Assembly (NCBI GenBank): GCA_031549685.1
Contig: JAVBPG010000042.1
Coordinates: 3,826-67,825 of the forward strand
Origin: Bacteroidales bacterium
Lineage (GTDB): Bacteria; Bacteroidota; Bacteroidia; Bacteroidales; UBA932
Reading direction: 5' to 3'
Length of the DNA stretch: 64,000 nucleotides
Below, piece by piece: positions 55,152 to 63,063 of this stretch (the stretch's first letter is position 1; the number at the start of each line of letters is the position of its first letter). Both the position numbers and the translations under genes were made by a program. The notes under the pieces were generated by a model. It was not told the origin of the DNA, did not search any database, and was given only the letters and a program-made list of their open reading frames with translations.

Positions 55152-55790
55152 ATGAGCCATATTTTTGATGCGCTAAATCGCCTGTTCAGCACAGGCGATT
55201 TTTTAATGGCCAAGCAGGAGCCGGGCAAGCGCACGCTTGTGCATAAGGAGGTGGGGGAGATTGTGTACACCAAGCGTAAAAACTCCCGCAGCATTTCTAT
55301 TCAGCTGCGCCCCGGAAAGCCCGTGAGCGTTAACCTTCCGTACTACACCAGCTACGCTGAGGCCGATAAGCTGGTGCTCGAAAAAATAGCTTGGATAAAG
55401 GAGGAAATGGCCCGCCTTAAGGAGATGGAGCAGCAGCGGCGCGTTTTTACCGACGAGGAGGTGGAGCGGCTGCGCGCCCAGGCCAAACAGTTTTTGCCCA
55501 AGCGAGTGGAGGCATTGGCACACAAATTTGGCTTTGGCTACAACAAAATTACGGTTAAAGACATTCGCTCGCGATGGGGCAGCTGCTCCTCGTTAAACAA
55601 CCTCAACTTTAGCATTTACCTCATGCACCTCCCCGACGAGCTGGTCGACTACGTTATTCTGCACGAGCTGTGTCACACCGTGCACCGCAACCACGGGCCG
55701 CACTTTTGGGCGCTGCTCAACACTTGTACGGCAGGCAAGGCGCGCTACCTCTCGGCGCAAATGGATAAGTACAGCTTGAAGCTGTTTTAG
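55152..55790 (+). CDS. YgjP-like (DUF45/M48 superfamily) metal-dependent hydrolase
   Basis: It has RWGSCS… and the HELCH zinc motif. An alternative start lies at 55206. Confidence 0.8.
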   Translation: MSHIFDALNRLFSTGDFLMAKQEPGKRTLVHKEVGEIVYTKRKNSRSISIQLRPGKPVSVNLPYYTSYAEADKLVLEKIAWIKEEMARLKEMEQQRRVFTDEEVERLRAQAKQFLPKRVEALAHKFGFGYNKITVKDIRSRWGSCSSLNNLNFSIYLMHLPDELVDYVILHELCHTVHRNHGPHFWALLNTCTAGKARYLSAQMDKYSLKLF

Positions 55791-55801
55791 TGGGGCGTGT
55801 G

Positions 55802-56671
55802 CTAAAATGAGGTTTCCTCGCCCAGAATGTTGGCGGCGCGGTTGGCCCTGGCAGAAAGTTGGTGCTTACCATCGTTGTGGTAGATGGTGGACAGCAGCCT
55901 GCTGTAGCGATGCAGCAAAACCTGGCGCTTGCAGGGTCCCAAAAGTTGCTCTAACGGCGCGTTCAAATTCAGGTGTTTTTTAACCAAATTGGATAGCTGA
56001 GGTTTGCCGCATAGCGCCCCGTTGTGCGGGTCAATGTAAAAGAGTGTTCCGCTCGCGTCATCCAATATGTTATAGGTATCGCGGTAGCAAAGCATGCCGC
56101 TGCCGGGCAGCCGGATGCCCGAAATGGGCACCTCCAGGTACTCGGCTACGCAAATGTAGAGCAGCCCGAGCGCCATTTGGCAGCCCTGCTTGTACCTTAG
56201 TACCTCGCTGAGCAGCATCGTGCGGTCGTTGTCAACTGCCCGCCGACCAACAAGCTTACCGCGTTCGTAAATAGCATCGTTAATCAGCCGCACATGCTCC
56301 AGCGCCGTAAGATGCTCGTTGAACTCCATCCACACCTCCTGCCCGAGCTTTTGAATGGGTGCCGACAGTTGCTCAAATTCCACATCGGGGCTGAAGAGCT
56401 TGTTCAGGTAAAACACGCCGGTAAGCATGTCCTTGGCGCCGCTATCGACCCAGGTGCGCAGCTTTTGCAGCGTTGCGTTTTCCTGAATTTGCGCTATGAC
56501 GCGCTCTATACGCGCAAGGTGCTCCCCCTCGGAGCAGCGCTCCCACGCCGCCTCCAGCCAGGGTATAACCTCCTCGCCTTGGGCGCAGAGTCGCTCCATA
56601 ACTACGGCTGCTACCTCGCTATCCGAGTCATCGAGAAGGCTTATGAGCGATGAAACGTCCTTGCTACCCAT
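55802..56671 (-). CDS. Conserved hypothetical protein, transglutaminase-like/SirB1-N-like
   Basis: The 289-aa ORF is helical at the N-terminus and has a central segment resembling SirB1-type domains. The assignment is tentative. Confidence 0.45.
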   Translation of the reverse strand: MGSKDVSSLISLLDDSDSEVAAVVMERLCAQGEEVIPWLEAAWERCSEGEHLARIERVIAQIQENATLQKLRTWVDSGAKDMLTGVFYLNKLFSPDVEFEQLSAPIQKLGQEVWMEFNEHLTALEHVRLINDAIYERGKLVGRRAVDNDRTMLLSEVLRYKQGCQMALGLLYICVAEYLEVPISGIRLPGSGMLCYRDTYNILDDASGTLFYIDPHNGALCGKPQLSNLVKKHLNLNAPLEQLLGPCKRQVLLHRYSRLLSTIYHNDGKHQLSARANRAANILGEETSF

Positions 56672-56673
56672 GC

Positions 56674-57543
56674 CTACTTCAGCTTTTCGAGCGCCATTTC
56701 AATCATGTTGTTTACCGCTTTTTTGTAGTCCACATTCATGTCGAGTATGGCCCGGTTGGCAATTATGGTGCAAATTGTTAGTGATTTATGCCCCAGTAAC
56801 TTAGATAATCCGGCTATGGCCGAACTTTCCATTTCGAAGTTGGTTATTCTTTTCCCTTTGAACAAAAAACTTTCTATCTTTTCGTTCAGCATGGGGTCGG
56901 CCAGGGGCAGGCGCAGCACGCGCCCCTGCGGCCCGTAAAATCCGGGCGCCGAAATGGTCATGCCTTCAATTGTGGTGTCGGAGAAGAGCCGGATTAGCTC
57001 GTGCGAATTTTCAACAAAGTAGGGCTTTGCGCAGAGCTCATTCCACGCGGTATGCATCAAAAAAGCGGCTTCGTAGTCGAGCAGCGCAATGTCGTTGCGC
57101 CTTGCGTAAAAGTTGAGCAGCCCGTCGAAGCCGATGCTGATGTGCGAGCTAACCATGCTGCCCAGCGCAATGTCGGGCTGCAGCGCCCCCGATGTGCCCA
57201 GCCGCACTAAGCGCAGCGTGCGGTGCGACGCCTTGGGCGTGCGCGTTTTGAGGTCGATATTGGCCAGCGCATCGAGCTCGTTGACCACAATGTCGATGTT
57301 GTCGGTGCCAATGCCGGTGGAGAGCACCGTGAGGCGCGTGCCCTTGTAAATGCCGGTGCAGGTTACAAATTCGCGGCTGCTTTTCTTGACCTCCACCTGG
57401 CTAAAGTGGGCGGCTACGCTGGCCACGCGTCCGGGGTCGCCAACAAGTATTACGGTGTCGGCCAAATCTTCGGGAAGAAGGTGGAGGTGAAATACGCTCC
57501 CGTCGTCGTTCAGTATCAGCTCCGATGATGCAATGGGTTTCAT
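56674..57543 (-). CDS. Nucleoside phosphorylase (PNP_UDP_1 family, uridine-phosphorylase-like)
   Basis: The motifs are VILVGDPGRV…, LSTGIGTDNIDI and NFEMESSAI. Confidence 0.8.
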   Translation of the reverse strand: MKPIASSELILNDDGSVFHLHLLPEDLADTVILVGDPGRVASVAAHFSQVEVKKSSREFVTCTGIYKGTRLTVLSTGIGTDNIDIVVNELDALANIDLKTRTPKASHRTLRLVRLGTSGALQPDIALGSMVSSHISIGFDGLLNFYARRNDIALLDYEAAFLMHTAWNELCAKPYFVENSHELIRLFSDTTIEGMTISAPGFYGPQGRVLRLPLADPMLNEKIESFLFKGKRITNFEMESSAIAGLSKLLGHKSLTICTIIANRAILDMNVDYKKAVNNMIEMALEKLK

Positions 57544-57713
57544 GGTAGGTGATTCTCGATTTTTAGTTGATGATTTATGGTTGCTGCAAGCTGCGTTAAG
57601 TTAGCGATAAAATGGTAGCGCAGTAAGCAAAACCAACTTTTGCCATGTATTTAAAAAAGCAGCATACAGCATCAAAAATACAGCATTTTTGATGCAAAAT
57701 CAAGAAATGTGCA

Positions 57714-57721
57714 TAACTTTG
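57714..57721 (+). promoter_or_regulatory. Candidate -7 box TAACTTTG upstream of the DUF4293 gene
   Basis: It matches TAnnTTTG 66 nt upstream of the ATG at 57787. Confidence 0.35.
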
Positions 57722-57747
57722 CCCGCGAGGATTGACGGCGCTATCCG

Positions 57748-57782
57748 CCCTAACCCCTAATTACTAATCCCTAATCCCTAAA
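57748..57782 (+). repeat. Heptamer array (CCCTAAT/TACTAAT) x5, the reverse complement of the GATTAG(G/T) family
   Basis: The units are ccctaac ccctaat tactaat ccctaat ccctaaa, ending 4 nt before the ATG. Confidence 0.85.
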
Positions 57783-57786
57783 ATTT

Positions 57787-58203
57787 ATGCTGCAACGTAT
57801 TCAGTCGGTTTTTTTGACCTTGGCGCTGGTGCTGCAGGGTTTGATTTTTGTATTTCCCTTTGCCAAAGTAGCCGATGCGCAGGGCAACGAAACGCTGCTT
57901 ACCTGTGCCGACTTTCCGCTGATTCTTTTTCAGCTGCTGACGTTTACCTTTACGCTGGTTACCATTTTCTTTTATAAAAACAGGAAGCGGCAAATCCTTT
58001 TTTGCAACATCAACATTTGGCTGCTCATAGCCTACGTGCTGGTGCTGTACTGGCAGGCTTACGGCCTGTCGCAAGCAGCGGCGGCCATGCAGTTCAAGCT
58101 GGGCATGATCATTCCCTGGCTGGCGGCCATACTTATCTACTTAGCCAAGCGCGGCATTGCCAAGGACGAGGCGCTGGTAAAATCGCTGGACAGGTTGAGG
58201 TAA
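57787..58203 (+). CDS. DUF4293 family membrane protein
   Basis: It begins MLQRIQSVFL and has four predicted TM segments. Confidence 0.7.
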   Translation: MLQRIQSVFLTLALVLQGLIFVFPFAKVADAQGNETLLTCADFPLILFQLLTFTFTLVTIFFYKNRKRQILFCNINIWLLIAYVLVLYWQAYGLSQAAAAMQFKLGMIIPWLAAILIYLAKRGIAKDEALVKSLDRLR

Positions 58204-58218
58204 ACGGTGGGTATAAAA

Positions 58219-58252
58219 TAAAAAATCCGGGGCTACTGCCTCGGATTTTTTT
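58219..58252. terminator. Bidirectional intrinsic terminator
   Basis: The stem aatccgggg / cctcggatt includes one G-U pair and is flanked by A and T runs. Confidence 0.7.
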
Positions 58253-58267
58253 ATGACAAAATCAGAA

Positions 58268-59629
58268 TTACTGCCACACCACCTTGGCGGCTTTGGCAAT
58301 GTTTTTCGGGATGTCGGTGTTGTTTATTTTTCCGCCGAAGAGCTCGCTGCCGGCGCCGATGGCGTACACGGGCACCATGGTTCCGGTGTGGCCAAAGGTG
58401 CTGTACCCCGCGCCTACGCGGGCGCTTACCATGCGCATAACCTCCTTGCTAAGGTTATTTTTGTTTTTTACCTTGCAGGGCGAGTCCCCGGTTTGCGGCT
58501 CCTTTTCCACGTTGTCGGCAAACATTTTCCTCATCTTCTGCTCCTCGCCGTAGCTGAGCGTTAGCTTGTAGTCGTCCTGCAGCAGCTGCCTAAATTCGTT
58601 GTACGATATGGGGTTGCCGAGCCGCTCTACCAACTTTTCTACCGACTTTGCCTGCTGCGATATGCCCATAATGGTTACCAGCTTATCCTCGCCCGAGCCA
58701 ATGCCCAGACCGCCGGTTTCGTGGTCGGCGGTAACAATGATGAGCGTTTCGTTGGGGTGCTTTTTGTAAAAATCAAGGGCTACCTGCACGGCGTCCGACA
58801 TATCTATTACCTCGCCCACCATGGTTGCGGCATCGTTGTCGTGCGAGGCCCAGTCTATCTTTCCTCCCTCTACCATCAGGAAAAATCCCTTGCCGTTCAT
58901 CAGCTTTTCAATGGCAATTTCGGTGGTTTGCCTCAGCGTGTAGTCGTCGGCCGACTTGTCTATCACGTAGGGGTAGGCTTTGGCCGGCTTGTTTTCGGCC
59001 TGCAGCAAAATATTTTTGGGGGCGGAGGAAGCTTTGCAGTCGGCCAGGCTGCGCGAAACCTTGTAGCCGCTTTGCTCCACCAGCGTATAAATGCTTTCCT
59101 GCTGGTCATCTTTTCCGAGGGGATTTATAAATCCGGCTCCCGAAAAAAAGTCGAAGTTGCTCTTGGCCAAATCCTGCGCAATTTCGTAGTACATATTGCG
59201 GCTGGTCTGGTGCGCGTAGAACGCCGCCGGCGTGGCGTGGTCAATGCTTACGCTGGTGCTGATGCCCACCCTGTAGCCTTTTTCTTTGAGGCGCTGCGCA
59301 ATGCTTTTAAAGTTTTGCTTGGCTTCGGCATCCACCCCAATGCGGCCGTTGCGCGTTTTGCTACCGCAGGCCAGCGCCGTGCCGGCCGCGGCCGAGCAGG
59401 TAACGAGATTGCTGGCCGAGTAGGTGGTGGCAAATCCGGTTACGGGAAAGCCCGAAAACGTGAGGTTGCTTGAGCCGTGCTTGCCCTCCTTGGCCGCCAG
59501 GTAGTCCTCGGTAAGCGATACGGAGCCGAAGCCCATGCCGTCGCCGATGAAAAAGAAAATGTACTTGGCCTGCGCAAAGCTAAGCGTGGCGCAGAGTATG
59601 AGGGTCAGCAGGAGCGATATTTTTTTCAT
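58268..59629 (-). CDS. Alkaline phosphatase (PhoA family)
   Basis: The motifs are FFIGDGMG…, …DHATPAAF… and …ADHETGG…H(T)G. Confidence 0.9.
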   Translation of the reverse strand: MKKISLLLTLILCATLSFAQAKYIFFFIGDGMGFGSVSLTEDYLAAKEGKHGSSNLTFSGFPVTGFATTYSASNLVTCSAAAGTALACGSKTRNGRIGVDAEAKQNFKSIAQRLKEKGYRVGISTSVSIDHATPAAFYAHQTSRNMYYEIAQDLAKSNFDFFSGAGFINPLGKDDQQESIYTLVEQSGYKVSRSLADCKASSAPKNILLQAENKPAKAYPYVIDKSADDYTLRQTTEIAIEKLMNGKGFFLMVEGGKIDWASHDNDAATMVGEVIDMSDAVQVALDFYKKHPNETLIIVTADHETGGLGIGSGEDKLVTIMGISQQAKSVEKLVERLGNPISYNEFRQLLQDDYKLTLSYGEEQKMRKMFADNVEKEPQTGDSPCKVKNKNNLSKEVMRMVSARVGAGYSTFGHTGTMVPVYAIGAGSELFGGKINNTDIPKNIAKAAKVVWQ

Positions 59630-59640
59630 GATATGCGAGT

Positions 59641-59711
59641 TTGTAAAGTTTATATAGTCTATAAAGTTTCTAAAGTTTGTAAAGTGTATAAAGTTTCTGA
59701 AGTTAAAGAGT
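59641..59711. repeat. Nonamer array (TTNTAAAGT), about 8 units
   Basis: The units are ttgtaaagt ttatatagt ctataaagt ttctaaagt ttgtaaagt gtataaagt ttctgaagt taaagagt. The array starts 12 nt upstream of the phosphatase start codon. Confidence 0.85.
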
Positions 59712-59721
59712 TGTCATCCAC

Positions 59722-59749
59722 AATTCTCCATTCTCCATTATTCATTCTC
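59722..59749. repeat. Heptamer array (CATTCTC family) overlapping the gamma-CA stop
   Basis: The units are aattctc cattctc cattatt cattctc. Confidence 0.8.
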
Positions 59750-60259
59750 TTTGTACCAATCTTTATACATCAGGTAGCCCTGCGCATTCTTTACAATCAT
59801 TTTTTCGACGTCCTCGGGGGCAATGCTTTTTACCTTTTTGGCTGGTACGCCGGCGTAAATGCTGTAGGGCTCCAGCTGTGCGTTGCTCAGCACCACCGAG
59901 CTTGCGGCAATGATGCTGTTGTCGGCAACGGCGGCGTTGTCCATGAGCGTGGAGCCCATGCCCACCAGCACGTTGTGGCCCACCGTGGCGCCGTGAATAT
60001 TGCACAGGTGCCCCACCGACACGTAGTCGCCAATGCGCACCACCGAGCGCTCGTAAAGCGTGTGCAGCACCGAGTTGTCCTGTATGTTGACGTTGTTGCC
60101 GATGATGATGGGGTTGACATCGCCGCGCAGCACTGCGCCGTACCAAATGCTGCAGTTGTCGCCAATGGTTACATCGCCGATAAGGACGGCGGTTTCGGCA
60201 ATAAAACAGTTTTTGCCGATTTGCGGGGTCTTACCGCGAAGCGTTTTTATTAAAGCCAT
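59738..60259 (-). CDS. Gamma-class carbonic anhydrase / hexapeptide-repeat family protein
   Basis: It has left-handed beta-helix hexapeptide repeats, and …VLRGD…I.IG…NIQDNSVLH… is typical of the YrdA/PaaY family. Confidence 0.9.
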   Translation of the reverse strand: MALIKTLRGKTPQIGKNCFIAETAVLIGDVTIGDNCSIWYGAVLRGDVNPIIIGNNVNIQDNSVLHTLYERSVVRIGDYVSVGHLCNIHGATVGHNVLVGMGSTLMDNAAVADNSIIAASSVVLSNAQLEPYSIYAGVPAKKVKSIAPEDVEKMIVKNAQGYLMYKDWYKENE

Positions 60260-60265
60260 GTTGTT

Positions 60266-60300
60266 GAATTACAAATTACGAATTACGAATTACGGTATTG
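60266..60300. repeat. Heptamer array (GAATTAC) x4-5
   Basis: The units are gaattac aaattac gaattac gaattac ggtattg, starting 6 nt upstream of the gamma-CA start. Confidence 0.85.
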
Positions 60301-60344
60301 TTAAGTTAATATAGATTCCATGATTTACAGCACTTGATGGTTAT

Positions 60345-60429
60345 GTCATCCTGAGCAAGGCGAAGGATCTCAAGTTCGCACAGGGCTTCATATTCACAAC
60401 ATGAGATTCTTCGCTTCGCTCAGAATGAC
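60345..60429. repeat. GTCAT-family long palindrome
   Basis: gtcatcctgagcaaggcgaaggatctcaag pairs with …catgagattcttcgcttcgctcagaatgac. Confidence 0.8.
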
Positions 60430-60474
60430 AAGGGTTCGATTTTTATTAAAATCTACACCAAATTAACAATACCC

Positions 60475-60495
60475 GAATTACAAATTACGAATTTA
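60475..60495. repeat. Heptamer array (GAATTAC) x3
   Basis: The units are gaattac aaattac gaattta. Confidence 0.75.
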
Positions 60496-60524
60496 GCCAG
60501 ATGCAGGGGGGCCATGCTGCTCAG

Positions 60525-60589
60525 CATTGCCGATTGCCTACTGCTACTGCCTACTTGTCTTTACTGCCTACTGCAAGCTGCCTACTTGT
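60525..60589 (-). repeat. GTAGGCA-family composite element (minus orientation), abutting the folE stop
   Basis: The reverse complement reads caagtaggcagcttgcagtaggcagtaaagacaagtaggcagtagcagtaggcaatcggcaatg. Confidence 0.85.
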
Positions 60590-61194
60590 TAATGCATCCT
60601 TGCGCCCGTCATCAGAATAAACTCCTCGCGGGTTTTTTGCTGCGTCATAAAGGGGCCGGTAAAGGCCGATGTGGTGGTTACGGAGTTCTGCTTTTCCACG
60701 CCGCGCATCTGCATGCACATGTGCGCCGCCTCAATAATTACGGCCACGCCAAGCGGTTGCAGCGCCTCCTGAATGCAGTCGCGGATTTGCACTGTGAGCC
60801 TTTCCTGCACCTGCAGGCGGCGGGCAAAGGCATCGACCACGCGGGTAATTTTGCTCAGGCCGGTAATGTAGCCGTTGGGGATGTAGGCCACGTGCGCCTT
60901 GCCGTAAAAGGGCAGCAGGTGGTGCTCGCACATGGAGAACAGCTCAATGTCTTTTACCAAAATCATCTGCTTGTACTCCTCCTTAAACTTGGCGGAATTG
61001 ATGATATCGAAGGGATTTTGGGCGTAGCCCTGCGTCATAAAAAGCCGCGATTTGGCAACGCGCTCGGGCGTTTTTTGCAGGCCCTCACGCGCGCTGTCCT
61101 CGCCCATCAAGTCCAGAATGGCCTTCACATGCTTGCCGATGGCGTCAACTTTTTCTTGGTTGAAAGAATCGATTCTTTCGTAGTGTTCTGTCAT
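60589..61194 (-). CDS. folE: GTP cyclohydrolase I
   Basis: …[20 protein letters not shown]… and …HMCMQMRGV… are typical of FolE. Confidence 0.95.
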   Translation of the reverse strand: MTEHYERIDSFNQEKVDAIGKHVKAILDLMGEDSAREGLQKTPERVAKSRLFMTQGYAQNPFDIINSAKFKEEYKQMILVKDIELFSMCEHHLLPFYGKAHVAYIPNGYITGLSKITRVVDAFARRLQVQERLTVQIRDCIQEALQPLGVAVIIEAAHMCMQMRGVEKQNSVTTTSAFTGPFMTQQKTREEFILMTGARMH

Positions 61195-61238
61195 TTTTCG
61201 TATCTTTGGGTTACAAATTTACAAAAATAAATCAGCAA

Positions 61239-61883
61239 ATGCAGCTTTTGGTTGTAGCCGCCACCGAGCTTGAATTAAGCGCTGTGAAAAAGCGTTTAGC
61301 GAATGTTCCTAACGTTGATTTTGCAGCTACAGGTGTGGGCATGTTGGCTACTGCGTATACGCTTACCAAGTTGCTTTCGCAAAAAAAATACGATTGGGTT
61401 TTTAATGTAGGAATCGCCGGAGCATTTTCCGAAAAAATGAGATTGGGTGAGGTGGTAGCTGTTAAGAATGAGTCGATAGGTGACAGTGGTGTTGAAAATG
61501 CTGAGGGGGTTATAGCTGCTTATCCAAAAGAATTGCAAAGTGATGTGGTGTTAAATTGCCCCTATGTAAACGAATTTTCTACTTTGGAAAACGTTCAGCA
61601 AGCAAATGGCACAACTGTAAACCTGTTGACCGAAAATGAAATGAGAGTTGCGCAGCGTAGCGGTTCTGCCGATGTGGAAACAATGGAAGGCGCCGCGTTT
61701 TTTTACGTTTGTAAAAAAGAAAATGTAAATTTTTTGCAGCTAAGAGGCATTTCAAATCGAGTGGGGGAGCGCGATAAGGCGAAGTGGAAAATAGCAGAAG
61801 CGATGGAGAGTGTGAGTGATTTATTAGTACGTTGTCATTCCGCGCTTGATGCGGAATCCCCAAATCGGGAGATTGCGGATTAA
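61239..61883 (+). CDS. mqnB: Futalosine hydrolase-like nucleosidase (PNP_UDP_1 family)
   Basis: It has MQLLVVAATELE…GVGMLATAY…GIAGAF…VETMEGAAF and is adjacent to mqnD. The last ~17 codons are read from a GTCAT repeat unit. Confidence 0.7.
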   Translation: MQLLVVAATELELSAVKKRLANVPNVDFAATGVGMLATAYTLTKLLSQKKYDWVFNVGIAGAFSEKMRLGEVVAVKNESIGDSGVENAEGVIAAYPKELQSDVVLNCPYVNEFSTLENVQQANGTTVNLLTENEMRVAQRSGSADVETMEGAAFFYVCKKENVNFLQLRGISNRVGERDKAKWKIAEAMESVSDLLVRCHSALDAESPNREIAD

Positions 61884-62058
61884 GTCCGCAATGACAGCGC
61901 GCTATATAAGATGTTGTAAAACAAAGTGTTGATGTTGCCATGCTGAGCGAAGCGAAGCAATCTCAGGCTGTGCCAAAATGATAGCTGTACGAACTTGAGA
62001 TGCTTCGCTTCACTCAGCATGACAAAGATTGCTTCGTCGTACCTCCTCGCAATGACGC
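61834..62058. repeat. Cluster of five GTCAT-family units
   Basis: The units lie at 61834-61861 (+), 61868-61895 (-), 61937-61967 (+), 61994-62023 (-) and 62024-62058 (-). Confidence 0.8.
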
Positions 62059-62143
62059 CACGATTGAGCGCGCTGTTTTAAATTTGTAAATTAACTACGT
62101 TGAGCTCGCAAGCTCGGTTGTACTTTGTAAATTGTCAATTAGA

Positions 62144-62977
62144 ATGACTCTCGGATTTTCTCCCTGCCCCAACGATACCTTCATATTTCACGCCCTGCTG
62201 CACGGCCTGGTCGATACCGAGGGCCTGGCCTTTGAGGCGCACATCGCCGATGTGGAGGAGCTCAACACGCTGGCCCTGCAGGGTAAGCTGGAGGTTACCA
62301 AGCTCAGCTACGCGGCCTACACGCAGGTGGCCGGCAGCTACTTAATTCTCGATTCGGGCGGCGCGCTCGGGCGTGGCAACGGTCCGCTATTGGTTACAAA
62401 AAATGCAACGGAAATTACCGCTGATGCCCGCGTGGCCATTCCCGGAAAATATACCACGGCGGCCTTTTTGCTGCGCCTGGCCTTTCCGCAGCTGCGGCGT
62501 TGGGAGGAAATGCTTTTTTCGGATATTCCGCAGGCCGTTTTGCAGGGTCGGGCCGACGCCGGGGTGCTCATTCACGAGAGCCGCTTTACCTACGCGCAGC
62601 AGGGCTTGCGCCTGCTGGCCGACCTGGGCGCGGAGTGGGAAAAGCGCAGCGGGCTACCCATTCCGCTGGGTTGCATTTGCGTAAGGCGAAACCTGCCGCT
62701 TGAGCAGCAGCGGGCCTTTGCCCGGGTGCTGCGCCGCAGCGTGGAGTACGCGTTGCGCAATCCTGCCGAAAGTCGTACATTTGTCAAGCGCCACTCGCAG
62801 GAGTTGAGCGACGAGGTTATTGATAAGCATATCGCTATGTTTGTTAATGATTACACTTTGTCTCTTGGTGTGGAAGGAAAAAATGCCGTAGAAAGATTTT
62901 TTGCGGAAGCGACAAAGCGAGGTGTAGTGAAGGAAATGCCGGAGGATGTTTTTTTAGAAAACAGTGAAGACAAGTAG
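62144..62977 (+). CDS. mqnD: 1,4-dihydroxy-6-naphthoate synthase
   Basis: MTLGFSPCPNDTFIFHALLHG…LSYAAY…LDSGGALG is typical of MqnD. Its TAG stop lies in the GTAGGCA element. Confidence 0.85.
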   Translation: MTLGFSPCPNDTFIFHALLHGLVDTEGLAFEAHIADVEELNTLALQGKLEVTKLSYAAYTQVAGSYLILDSGGALGRGNGPLLVTKNATEITADARVAIPGKYTTAAFLLRLAFPQLRRWEEMLFSDIPQAVLQGRADAGVLIHESRFTYAQQGLRLLADLGAEWEKRSGLPIPLGCICVRRNLPLEQQRAFARVLRRSVEYALRNPAESRTFVKRHSQELSDEVIDKHIAMFVNDYTLSLGVEGKNAVERFFAEATKRGVVKEMPEDVFLENSEDK

Positions 62978-63040
62978 GCAGTTTGCAGTAGCAGTAGGCA
63001 GTAAAGACAAGTAGGCAGTGGGCAATCGGCAATGTAGTGC
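62964..63040 (+). repeat. GTAGGCA-family composite element
   Basis: The sequence is gtgaagacaagtaggcagtttgcagtagcagtaggcagtaaagacaagtaggcagtgggcaatcggcaatg. Confidence 0.85.
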
Positions 63041-63063
63041 AGCATGTTAACCATGCACTTGGC

